A DNA stretch of 64,000 nt from Ophelia neglecta. Lineage: Eukaryota. Location: contig OZ260664.1 of NCBI GenBank assembly GCA_965285935.1, positions 101,618,001 through 101,682,000 of the forward strand, given 5' to 3'. The position numbers were made by a program, and so were the translations under genes. How positions within the stretch are numbered: the first letter of the stretch is position 1; each line of letters begins with the position of its first letter. A model generated the notes under the pieces. The model was not told where the DNA came from and searched no databases. It worked only from the letters and a program-made list of their open reading frames with translations. Shown piece by piece: positions 1 through 12,700 of the stretch.

Positions 1-482
1 AAAGTAGTAAATCAGGATTGTTTTTGCCAGCTAATAATTTGTGCTATTTTACAGCTGGTACGAAGCCCTGCCTTTCACTGGAAATGGTCTCCTAAAATAT
101 CACGTTTGAGATTTTTCTTAAAGTAGAACTGTAAATCAGGAATTTTTCGTCAGCTGGAAATTTTTGCGATTTCCCTGCTGGTAAAAAATTCCTGTGTCCT
201 TACGCAGCCCTGGCGTTCAATGGAAGTCCCTCTATTATCGATCAGCGCCGAGATTTCAGGCCGAAAATATAGGGTGAATAGGATTCGCGAAATTTACCTG
301 CTCGTGAACCTTTCTTGGCTTACGGTATATTATGGGCTGGAGTGACGTCATATTTGTTAACGACTTTGTACGTCCGGTGGGCCAATGAGGAAAAGCTCAG
401 GTAGAAAAGTTAGTCATAAAAGACAAGTTTTCCCGATCATCGAAAGACTTAATATCCACAGAAACCATTTAAGGCGGTGCAC
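1..482. repeat. Block inverted relative to ~44939-45300
   Basis: gcaccgccttaaatggtttctgtggatattaag (44941) is the reverse complement of 448-480; similarity continues through the ttcgcgaaatttacctgctcgtgaacc segment. Confidence 0.85.
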
Positions 483-1404
483 TTTTGGATGAAACCTGTT
501 AGAGGGGGCCTTTGTTCGGCGACTCATGTAAATGAACGATATTTACCAGTCGTGAACTGTAAGCTTATAAGCAAACACAGCCAAACTTGCTGGCTCTATG
601 ACAAATAGGTGTGCCGGGTTTGACTGACTTAAGAGTCTTATCACAGAGCGCCATTGAATAGCCGATACACATTGAACAACTTCAATATTTTGCACACCAT
701 AAATTTCCTTATAACGAGGGACGTATAACTGACCCACTTAAGTCAGGTTCTGATTAATAGAGGAATATTGTTCTACATAAGATCGACATTGGCTACATGG
801 CGATATTATTATCTCTAGCGTGGTGAGTAACATTGATCAGCATAGGGCCTGCATGGGAAAAATCTATAGCAGAATTAATGAAACTTTCAACACTGGCTGG
901 CCACTACGTCTGTCTCGTGATTGAGAGTACGAGTGACGGTAATAATAGTCACTTTAGCCAGATCTGCAGGGAGAACTTTTCGTCGGGTAAGTGTATCTAT
1001 CTGTACATCGCCTAAATAATAATATTTAGTGAAAATGTAGTCTGGAATGATACGAAAGGAGGGTACCAAATTTTTATTTTTAGCTCATTCAGCCGTGTTG
1101 AAATATCCAAATGATCATACGGTTTTGGAACACATATTTTAAGAATGCACTCATGTTAAGACCCTGAACCTGCGTTTTTTAGTGTATTATTGTTTACAAA
1201 CGCAACCTAGTGTTTTGAATTTTTTAAATGTTCATATATGGGCGGTTTATCAAGTGGTTTTGAATATAAATTTGTTGACAATATTAAGTGCATCCCTAGG
1301 TTTGATATTTTCAAATGGATATAGCTCAGGTGTTTTTAAGGATCTGCGCGATTTCTGTTGCCGTATTTTTGAAGGGCTCAATTATTGTCTAAGATTCATG
1401 CATA

Positions 1405-3430
1405 TGTAACATGTGTGTAATTCCATATAAATGTGTATGTATGTGTATAATTATGAAGTATGTATTGTGAGTCCCTATAAATGTTAATATGAGTGTAAAA
1501 TTGAGAATGTAAGTGTGCAAGTGCATTATGTAATGTTTACAGTATTAAAGGTTGTAGTTAGTTGTCCTGAATCAGCTGGGTTCACTGAACCATGCTACCA
1601 AGCTTATGTTAATGCAGGAGGCTAAATCATATATACCGGTCAGTACATAAGGGTTATAGGTCAGAGTTCACTCTTTGTATTTTGGCTACTGCCTTATAAG
1701 GTAGTTGCATTTTATTGCCTTTCTTAGGGCCAATTAGAAAGCTTTATTTCTCCTTTGTTTAAAAGTTTTGGAGGGAAATTAGGCTTGGTTAGTATTTGCA
1801 GTTGGCCTGGAGAATTGGTAGAGAAAGGAACACTTTGGGATAGGACAGTTTGTGTCAGGATTTATGGTTTCAAAATTGGGTTTGTCAAAAAAAAATTTTT
1901 CCTTTGTGGTCCTGTGTTATAAATATATATTGTAGCTTTGCCAATCCACGGTTCTGCATATTAAACAGCAAAATTATCATGACATTTGTAAAGGAATAGA
2001 TTTTCTATGACATCCTAAAACAAGATGTAGGTATTAAGCCAATATAAAGGTGCAGTACAGCACGGAAGTGTGTATAGGAATCCCTTGTATATTGCTGGTT
2101 CCTCAAAACTGATTAGTGCTTAATTGTGAACCTAATTTATGGGTCAACAGTGTTTCAGAGATTCCTTATTATTCATTATAGCTGTTAGTGCCTCCTAGTA
2201 CATGTATGCAGCCCGGCCTTCTGTCCTGCAGCCTCACCCAGAGCACCTTTACCCAAGGTATAACACTAGTTGCATTAACCCTTTGATGCTCATGCAGCTT
2301 TATGTGTGTATGTATTATATAGTTATATTATAGTCAGCATGTGAACCAATGTATGTTAGTAGATTGTAGTGTGTATGTTAGTGTGTATAAATGATGCTGA
2401 TCACCTTTAGTGTAAATGGTTAATAAATATGATTTGGATTTGGATTTTTGGGGCTTAACGACACATAGACACCATGTGGGTCATTTAGTGTCTTAAGTTT
2501 GGTATAGTTAATCGTTTATTGTACTGTCTATTTTTATTTACATGGGGATAATAGTAAGAAGTAAGCGGTTATTGACCTCTATTTTATAAAAAAAAATATC
2601 TTCTAGGTGGGTGGGTCAGATGTTTTTCTGACTAAAATGTGTTAGTAAAGGAAGATAAGAGGTTAGATGTTCAATAAATAGATAAAAGAAAGTTCCATAA
2701 ACTTTCGCACTTTAAAATTGGTTTCCATGTTTAATACCTTCTACATTTTGTAGTAGAGATCTATAGTTATTAAGAAATTAAGGATCTGCTGTGGGCAGAC
2801 CTTGTCGAATAAGGTTTTGAGGCTGTTAACGTTATAAAAACGGTATCTAGCCTCGGCGAAATCGCTACATTCCAACAGAATGTGTTGGATGGTAATCTGG
2901 CATTGGCAGCCCTCACAAAAAGGTGGGTCCTCTCTTCTCAGAAGATGAGTGTGTGTAAAATGTTAATAAGTATGAAAGTTCAATTATCACAGTGTTCTTT
3001 AATATCGCGTATGACTGAATTATTTAAGCACGGCATAAAAGTCATGTGTGAAATCATATATATATTCTCGCTATGAAATGAAGTTTATTATGTTATCAAG
3101 TGTGAGTGTGACCATAGCTGATTAATGCTTATTTCACTTATTTACAGGTGCTTAGTGATATCTTAGTGATAGCTACGTAATGTCTTCGTGATTTCTACGT
3201 GATATCTTCGTGATATCTTTGTGATAGCTTTATGATTGTCATAAGTCACCTCGTGGTCTGTCTCTTCGTCGATAGTCGTCTACTCGTGCTATATATCTAC
3301 AATCACCTTGTAACCTGTGTGTGTGAATGTCTCTTTGTGGGTGGGTGTACTATAATAAAAGAATAAACTTGTGCACCCCAACGGGACTTGTGTTGATATA
3401 TTAGAACTCACCAAAACCCCCTACGTTACA
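1405..3430 (+). mobile_element. Solo LTR (Gypsy-like) with a nested LINE fragment
   Basis: TGTAAC...GTTACA ends; 4-bp TSD CATA (1401-1404, 3431-3434); AATAAA near the 3' end; empty site gattcatgcataaagtat at ~46640. Confidence 0.8.
2431..2961 (-). mobile_element. 5'-truncated I-group LINE 3' end
   Basis: Reverse complement of ~50791-51318 including the (TCCAAA)n tail; TSD gttaataaatat/gttaataagtat (2419-2430, 2962-2973). Confidence 0.85.
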
Positions 3431-4888
3431 CATAAAGTATGCTCATTTTTATATTTGGTATTGCAAAATGAGTATCATTACAATAATTGCTCTGGAGAGC
3501 ATATACGAGTATAGGGTAGGTATGTTCTCCCAGAAGGGGGCCTGGGGGCTACCCCAAACACCCCCCTATACCCACATTAAAGTAAGGGAATGAGATGGAT
3601 GGAGGGGGGGGGGGAGGGGGGAATACACAGAGGTTTACCCCTTTACCCCATTAAAGTGAGGGAATTGAGAGGGAGGCGGCTGCGCGAGATACAAAGACAC
3701 CTCATAAACTGTCCTTGTCTATGCTGCAGCTACACGACAATAATGAGAACAAAAATCGTCTTGAAAAATGAAGCTATTTCATCAAACTGACAGTTTAGTA
3801 ATAACCAGACTTGTGGATGAATAAATCAGAAGTATTTTTGTATTTAATCTGCTAGGTAGGGAATCAGTGGTGAGTCTACATGGAACTGTTTTCATACAGA
3901 TAAGAGGGTATTTATATGGCACATGGCCGTCACAGAAACAGCCCCACTTCAGGTATGGACCTGTACTAGAAACAAGCTAATGTAATCCAGGTGTAATCAG
4001 ATATAATCAGGTATAATCACCATTCACTGCCATTAATCAGACCTATAATTGGAGGAGGGCCTTGCCAGCACTTGTACTGACAGTGTATCAGGAAAAACAG
4101 GGCACACCGAGGTCATACAGGGATTAATTTGATTGCTAGCGATTGCCAGTTATCGCCAGTTACCGTCGTGCAGTGATCGTGTTAAGCTGGTAAGGCCGCT
4201 ACTGGGCATAAACCAGATGTATGACCATACCTGGAGGGTATTTGACAGGGTAGGCAGCTATAGTGAGTTTATGACTGCGATGAGCCATTAGAGCATGAAC
4301 CTGTACGGCGGGAAAAGGCAATATGGACGAGATTAATATAGGGCGGAGGTTGGGAGGGTTAAATTAAGGGCCAGAGTTCACACAGAGGGTGTCGGGTGGG
4401 TCTCTCACAAAGGGGGTCTGGGAGCTTATAGAGGGTGTGGGATGGGTGTCTCCTCCCACAGGTGTCTGGGGGCTTACTGAGGGTGTGAGATATGTGCCAC
4501 CTCCCAGAGCGAGGTCTAGGAGCTAAAACAGGGTGTTGGATAGGTTTTTCAGTCTGTCTGGGCCCCCATACCCTCCTCTGGAATCCCACGCCCCCAAGAC
4601 TTTCAATAGAGCACTGTATGGGAATGAAACACACAGACCCCTGTGTACCACCCTACATCACCAGAGAGGGCATGGACAGAGTGTTGGATAGATTTCTCAG
4701 TCTGTCTGGGGCCGCCAGACCCTCCTCTAGAAGGATACACCTATCCCACAGCTTCAAGACATTCATTTGAGCACTGTAAGGGAAGAAAATACACAGACCC
4801 CTGTGTACCACCCTACATCACCAGACATTAACACCTCACCCCCATTCCATCCAACCCCCCTTATACCCGTATTCCAGTCAATATAGTA

Positions 4889-5998
4889 TAGAGCCAATGG
4901 TGGTGGACTGGTTTATGGTCACTGGTAATAAAAACTACACTTCACCACTGATATATTGTACACGGTTCAATCAGGTCCGGTCAGAAGTGTACCATGACCA
5001 TACCTTTATATTCACGGATAGGTCGAAGCTCGAGGAGAAAGTGACGGCGGCAGCTGTCGCGCATGCCTTCACCTCCAGGATGCGCCCCCCAATCACAGCT
5101 CCATTTTTACTGCCGAAATAACGGCCATATATTTTGCTCTGGACCATATCATCCAGTCTAGAGACAGAAAATTTGTTATCGCCTCAGACTCAATGTCGCC
5201 CCCTCCAGGCACTAGAAGGGTTTAGCTGGTCTAACCCTTTGGTTCTCTCCCGGCGAGAAACCTTAAATAAAATACTCAAAAGAAGAAAAACTGTTATACT
5301 TCTGAGGGTGCCCAGCCACGTGGGCATCAAAGGCAACGAGGCTGCCGACAAATGTGCAAAAGAGGCACTGGAAGATCCCATCTTCCCAATCAAAATCCCG
5401 TCTTCTGACTTCAAGAGCCCAATAAACCAGTATGGCTGGAAACAATGGCAAACCGCCTGGGACCAGACCATAGAAAACAAACTGCACTCTATCTGCCCCT
5501 CCATACCGAAATCATTTCGACAGCCTCTTGCCTCCCGGAGGGACGACTTGATCATGTCTCGTCTGCGCATCGGCCACTCACATTTTACACACACTCACCT
5601 TCTGAGAAGAGAGGACCCACCTTTTTGTGAGGGCTACCAATGCCAGATTACCATCCAACACATTCTGTTGGAATGTAGCGATTTCGCCGAGGCTAGATAC
5701 CGTTTTTATAAAGTTAACAACCTCAAAACCTTATTTGACAAGGTCTGCCCACAGCAGATCCTTAATTTCTTAAAATCTATAGATCTCTACTACAAAATGT
5801 AGTAGACCTAAAACGTGGAAACCATCTTAAAACATACGAAAGTTTAAGGAACTTTCTTTTATCTATTTATTAAACAACTAACCTTTTATCTCTCTTTACT
5901 AACACTTTTTAGTCAGAAAAACATCTGACCCATCCACGTAGAAGACTTTTTATAAAATAGAACTCAATAACCACTTACTTCTTACTATTATCCCCATA
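4889..5998 (+). mobile_element. I-group (I/Nimb-like) LINE fragment: RNase H plus C-terminal CCHC region, frameshifted
   Basis: FTDRSK, VPSHVGIKGNEAADKCAK, SRLRIGHS, TIQHILLEC motifs; near-identical to 50101-51210. Confidence 0.9.
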
Positions 5999-6678
5999 CA
6001 ATATAGTAAATTTATGTAGAGTTAGTTGGGCCGTGATGACCTGAATTCTTTGCTTCTAGGATGAGAGCTGCTGGAAAGAGATTGGGACAGGGCGTTTGAT
6101 GTGTATGCAACTAAATACGAAATGGGCCGACAGCAGTCTATTTGCCTAATCAGTATCCCCTTATTCTGAGAAAATATATATGCAATATGTTTAAAAGATG
6201 AAATTGTATTGATAAAATGATTGTAACATTAATCTGTATGGGCAACATTCATAATTATTAGTTTTCATATACAAACTTAGTTGTGAATACTTTCTTTTTT
6301 CTTATCAAATCAACAGCAGAATGTAAGTATGCTGCATCATATTAAATACTTGTTCTGATATTCAAGAGCCGACAGGAAACATGAACACACTACCGAATGC
6401 CATCTGAATGAGCATGGCCAATTATTATCAGCATCCTCGCCAAGTCCACAGTCCCATGATTCTGGTATAGAGGGCCAGTCCATCTGGGCTGAGGCCTAGT
6501 TTGTCGTGTACACGTCCAGTCCAACTTAAAATCAGGGGGTCATTGTGTCAAGTAGACAAGGTCAGTTCACGTTTTAAGGTCGGCGGTCCAATATGTCGGC
6601 TGCAGATGCACAGCCAACGTCCCAGGTTCAGCGGTTCAGCTGTGGTATTCATTTTATTTTCTAAAAAAACAGGTAACC

Positions 6679-6717
6679 ATGAATGTCCCTGAAAGGAGCA
6701 GCCAAGATGGATATTGA
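6679..6717 (+). promoter_or_regulatory. 12-codon upstream ORF (also at 53875-53913)
   Basis: ATG AAT GTC ... GGA TAT TGA is present in both loci upstream of the inferred start ATG. A regulatory role is not shown. Confidence 0.45.
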
Positions 6718-6786
6718 GACACTGTGACAGACACCGGAGACGATTGCTACTTTGTTGATGATATAAGTGAAGTGGACAATAAAACA

Positions 6787-9700
6787 ATGGACAGGGGGAG
6801 AAAGGAACTCCCTGTGTCGGGTTCAAATGCCCCTTCAACATCTGTAGGTAAGCGAAATACTGTGTCCGAGCACAGACCCAGTCCATAGCTCAGAGTCTAC
6901 TGATATATACATTTGAATACGTAATTTAGCCTGTATATATTCGGTTGATCACTTTGCACGTGTTTTAATGTGAGAACTGTTTCAGACAGTGCCTCCGGAC
7001 ATGGGCCGCCATACCCTGACCCAGCAACATGTGAACTAACCGATACACAAAAGTATTTACTTTTAACTTCTGAATGGAAAAAGAAATCCCTCAAGAGCTT
7101 TGACTTTCCTCGGCGGTTAGTATCACATGTATATATGATGCCACACGAGCAATGTATAGAATAAATCAAGCTTAAAACGCGTATTAGGTCAAAGTAAATA
7201 ATTGTCAGTAGTATGATTGTTTTGTTTAATTGGTTGTGTAACAAGAATAGAATGTGATAGCATTTATTAATAACGTCGGGAGACATGAGACACTCGGGCT
7301 GGGGGTGGGGGTCATAGCGATGAGTAGGTTACATTGGGTCTTCTCATAAGCAGCTCATTTACTTAATTTTTATAACATAACATAACAAACACATAAATGT
7401 TTCGCCTGACATTAAGAATAGATGTAATTATTTAAAACTATACCAGAGAACAAAACAGGAATGTAAGTTACTTTGAGAAACGCCAGTTTAAACATAGCTG
7501 GGATGGTGTTTTGGTGGGAGGGGGGGGGGGGGGGGCTGGGGGGGGGGGGCACCGGCCATGGTAAAGGATAAGGATCCTACGTTAATTGGCAATACTGAAT
7601 AATCAGCATATTTTACAAAATTGGGATATTTTTATGCGTTTGTTGGAATATAACTTCATGGATACTGCACTTTTTAGAGCAGGCGAAGGCTAAAAACGAC
7701 AGTGGATACACTATAAACCAAACAAAATATTTAATTAATGTTAATTAATTAACTAGGTACGAAATCACAAGGAATGATGGACCAAGCTCTCATAATTGTG
7801 AGACTAAAACAGGATGCAAATTGTGGCCGTGTTATCATATTAAAGAACAAGCGCTTGCTCCCTCATAAATGCATATACTGATTTATATTATAACATTATT
7901 TGAGACATGAAACTTGGTTTCCTAAAATCAAGTCACCTAACATCCTTTTAAATGGTATTTGTCCTGACCTCTTTTTTTAGGCATTAAACTGACTGAGTCA
8001 GTCAACATTGCAGATATTTATAATACGTGGCTATCCTAAACCTGTTGACCAAGGTTCCTTTAATTAATGCAGGGAAGTGATCTCCTTGCACTGTGGATTC
8101 TTAATGTACTTTAAAACCTGTGAATTAAGACCACCCAAGGGACTGGAAAATGCTGGTCTGATTTTGGAGGTGGTCTGCTTAGACAGGTTGTTAAATATAG
8201 AAAATTTATATCAGGGTCCTCATATTAGTTGTCTGATTTGGCAGGAGGTCTGATTATAGAGGTGGTCTTTAAGACAGGTGTCACTGTATTTATCCACCCA
8301 ACAATATGAGTAGTAATAGTTTAATATCTGTGTTTCAGTAATTACATTTCATCTTGAATGATTTTCTGTCTGCTTGTCATTGTTCAGGCTGCAGGGTAAG
8401 AAAACTATGAAGCTTCAGCCACATTGGCTTACAGACTACCTATGGTTGCGGTATTCAGTGATCGAGAATGCTGTCTACTGTGTTTACTGCCTGCTATTTG
8501 GAAAAGAAGGTCAAACATTCGGTCGGTCTGCAGGTTATAAAGATTGGTCTAACCTGAAGAAGCGTATAGACAGTCATATTAAAGAGGGTTCCCCGCATTA
8601 TCATTGCAAGAATGAGGCTGACACTTATTTATTTCGCAACGTTGGCGCCATGAAAAATGAGAAGGAGGAGGATGTAAACGAGGAGGTGGATTCAATAACA
8701 CTCGAAGACGACCGGTCCGGTTTGATGGAGGACCTCCAGGAAGACAACACAGAGATCAATAGAAAGGTAGGTGGTCTTTACAAGTATACCCTGGGCCCGC
8801 TCCCAGGAAGCAGTCTTAAGGCATCACCGGAATTAAAATCAGGATAGAATTAAAGTGATTATTCGGTTTCAACTTGCTGATATGGGTTTCTGGAATCTGG
8901 AATTTTGTCCTTAACCCAACCATTTTGGTCTTAAACTTAATCTTGGTCAATGGAATCACCAATTAACAAGTTCTCAGTTTATCTAATCCCTAAACTTAAG
9001 ACCGGCTTTAGAAACCAGGCCCTCAAGTTCACCCAACTGTTGCTCCTTGTGAAAATGACATGAATCTACAGTAGTAAATTCCTATGCTTACATAATCTAA
9101 AGAAACATTTTAATCATTTTGTTTACTAGACAAGTAAAAGCATTAATTTTAATTTAATACTCAATGCAAATGTTCCAGATGGCAGTTTGGCAAAAGGCAA
9201 AAGAGTTACCAAAAGAGCAAGTCAACAGATACAGCTAAAATAATACTTCAAAATAAATAAATGCCATGCACAAAGGCCAAGGATAGAAGAGAAAACGGTT
9301 TTATTTCCATTTGTTAGCGGAATGGTAGCATGCAAATGGCAAGTCTCGGCGGCATTACGAAGCTTCGCACACAATTGACATGCAGCATTGTTTTCCATTC
9401 GGAGCTTTGAATTAAATAATGGCCAAATCACTTTAATTTTTAAACTGTACCATTTTCATAATCAGTGCTTGTGTAATTTGGTTGATGGTGCCAATGCTAA
9501 ACGCTGTATAAGCAAAATATTATTAACCAGACAGTCGCTTGATCTTTTTTGATCTGTGTCGAGGTGATCATTCCGATAGCCAACGCCAAAGTCGGACTTC
9601 CCGGAGAGGGAGTATGCTTACAAGCTTAAACACGCCGGTTTTTCTGTCTGGTTCTGACTAGACATGTGAAATTCAACGCAATTCATACCGTTTTCCACAG

Positions 9701-12700
9701 GGTAATCCTCCCTTTAGTCCGAGCCAAGATAATTCATGGTACACTGGTTAAGCAGTGTGACATGACCAATATGTGTACCTTAAGAAAGTAAAATCTAAAG
9801 TGTTGAATTGTATTGTTGCATTTTGCTTTCCATTGGCAATCTTTACCCCTGTCTGATGGGTTAGGTTTCAATAAGTCATTAAAAATATCCATTTTCAGTT
9901 CTCAGTATCAATTGTAGGTCAATTACACGTCACCCATTACTTATGTGGATATGCGTGTTATTCATTATATGATTTGTGTAAAGCTTACTGAAGGAAAATT
10001 GCGCAGAATTCTTATGTCAAAATTAAGACATATTCATTTTCAATTAATAGTTCGAAGTATCAATTGATTCTTTTAGGCGGCCGTTTTAAAGAGATACGAG
10101 CATTTTATCTGACAATTGAAATAAGAACCAAAAATATATCATGTCTCTTGGACAAATCGCAATATTCATCAGCCAAACTGCGTGATAAATGTAAATCTTT
10201 AAGTTTAGGCTACTATTTTTTAAATGCTTTTGAAACAAAATGCACATTAAACGCATGGCATGATAATGAAATTATGACAGAACTTTATAACTATTATTTT
10301 TTAAATAATAAGTGGTCCATAAAAGAAGTTTGATAAGTGTAACCAACAATGCATAAATACAATCTAATTAATTAAATTAATTAATTCTAATTAAACACGT
10401 CTTAAATATATTTAATATGTTTTAATTTTTGATAAAAAGCCAAGGATTTCAATTCTCAATATAGCTCGCAAATATAAAAATGTCAAAGTCAAGTCACTCT
10501 TTAGAATTTGTTGACATGCTTCTTATTAACAAAAATAAGTTTTGTTTGCAATTGCGATAGTGCCTTTCCCATGAACAAAAACGGGAGTAGATGTAAAAGT
10601 TCCTCGCATACTAAACAGAAAGTGGTGTTAAATATCCTCGATATTGCGCTTAGATGGACAGACTTAAATGAAGATTTGTTAGTAATAAAAGTTGAGCAAT
10701 GAAACATGATCATGAATAATGTCAATTTTATTTCAAACAGATTGCCAATCTAACGAACCAACTTTGATGCCAGATAGAGCATAGTTTCTTTTTTGCCCTG
10801 AAAGACTGTGACTGAATAGATTTAATGTTATTGTAGTTTGCATCCTGGCCGGCTGTGGCCTCATGTCCGGGGTAGCATCAACTCCTGACTACCTATATTG
10901 GTCTTTAACGCTTGGTGCCTGAAGAGATGCCACGGTCTCTTGGTTTCATATCATTGATTCCACTGCTAACAAGGTTAATCCATGTCGTCCTACCATAGAT
11001 ATAGAGAATACATATCTATGGTCCTACTAACCTCATCAAGACCTGTAATGGGTTTGTGTTTCAGGAGCTTTTCTCTTGTCTAAGCTAGAGTTTAAGCTTG
11101 GCTCATGCTTGCACAAACAGCCAAAATAAACATTAACAATGGTGTCCGGAGTTGTTCAAGTCGGCCAAGGCAATTTGTATAATTCAAGACCCACTTGTTT
11201 CAAAATAGTTAAATTTGACCGAGAAATTTGCAATAAAACGGCAAGTATGACAGCTGACTGGTATCTGCCGCAATCGAGGGGCGTAGTATCTATGTAAATA
11301 GCAAGTTATCAGAGAGCTTGCCGAGCAATGCGGCCTGCTGCACAATTGCATTCTCACATATCTACCGATATTTCCAAGCAAAAGCAAGACGATTAACAAA
11401 CGTTTGATTAACATATTATGTTGGTGTCATGTTTTGGCATACTGAAACATTCTATGAGTTATCTTTATTAGGTAGATGAACGCTTCAGTTCAAACAGCAG
11501 CCAAGATGGAGATGGAGACACTGGCTCAGACACCGGAGACGAGTGCTACGCTGATGATGATATAGGTGAATTGGACAATAAAACAATAGATAGGTGGAGA
11601 ATGAAACACCTAGAGGAGGAATCTAAACCTGCCTATTATCCCATGCAAGAGGCCATAGCTGAAAAAATAGTCGATAGAATAGAAAGTATTCTTCGGCTAT
11701 ACCATGACAAATGTCTGTCAGACTTCGATGACTTTGAATATCAGATTTATACCGCAAAATTTAATATGTTGGAAGAACAAACTGAAAAGAGGGTGTGTGC
11801 CAGGATGGCAGGATGTTTTCATGACAGTGTGTATCAGGATCCGGCATATGTCAGGGATCTAGCAAAACAAAGGGTTCAAAAATATGTGTTGGCTACAACC
11901 GAAGAGAACAGAAATAAGCAGCTGCTTGGGCTGGCAAAAGCTAAACCGGAGACTTTCTTTCTAATAGTAGCTGATGAGGCTCATTGGGGAGTTGGAAAGC
12001 CGGTTGAAAACGAAACTGGCAAAAAACACATGGCAAATGCGAGCGCTTTGAAAGCTGGGGCACATGACACACTCATCAACTGCTGGACTAATAAATTCCA
12101 GAATGTTATTGTCTTGTTAGTCACTGCTACTAGCTTTAATCTGAAAAGTCAAGATTCCCGACTATTGCATCAACAAGATTTTATCAGGATTCGATCAAAA
12201 GCAAGTAACAAAAATGCAACAGGGAATGACCAGCTGTATTTAGTTACAAAGGAAAGAGCTGTCTATATTGATAATAAAACTGACAAACCAGTCAAAATAG
12301 AGAAGAATAGCGAGGTAATGGAAGATAAATTGCACTGTGTGAAATGGTCTGAGGGGCACCGGGATAAGCTTCTTCAGGGTATGGTGGTTAGACTGCGTGT
12401 ACCAAACATGGAAGGACATGAACCTATATGGTTCAAACAAATATCTAAGAAAACTAGTGGTGAAGTTCAACCGGTCTGCGTGACACATGAGGAAGACGAG
12501 TCTTTGGAACTCATCATGACTGGTAGGGATAGAGAAAATGTCGAAATCAAAGCATACAACAGCAATTGCCAAATGATAGCATACAGAGCCAAACGGTCTA
12601 TAGGTGGTCAGCATCAACTTGGATTTATTGAGGTTAGTACTCTGCAAAAGTTTGAAAAGGGAAATGATGTGTGCAGCAAATTCAGAGTTCACATGATATG

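Larger units (their letters stand above)
483..11601 (+). repeat. Segmental duplication copy 1 (homologous to ~45778-59977, and in part to ~59860-64000)
   Basis: Colinear identity of non-coding and coding blocks, e.g. ggatgaaacc..agagggggcc (487/45783), ctctagcgtggtgagtaacattgatc (813/46041), gtaaatttatgtagagttag (6006/53159) and intron 3. Confidence 0.9.

Noticed and set aside
4330-4880. Degenerate repeat region with a duplicated cacagacccctgtgtaccaccctacatcaccaga
   Set aside because: Probably an old non-autonomous element, but I could not define ends or a TSD.
6715-6717. TGA as selenocysteine or programmed read-through
   Set aside because: It aligns to a Gly codon in an acidic linker, the paralogue is out of frame downstream, and no SECIS was identified.
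8374-8847. hAT transposase gene (also 55753 and 61727)
   Set aside because: Only the TTF finger is present, with no DDE or dimerisation domain. The ORF tail after 8766 is intron/MITE read-through.
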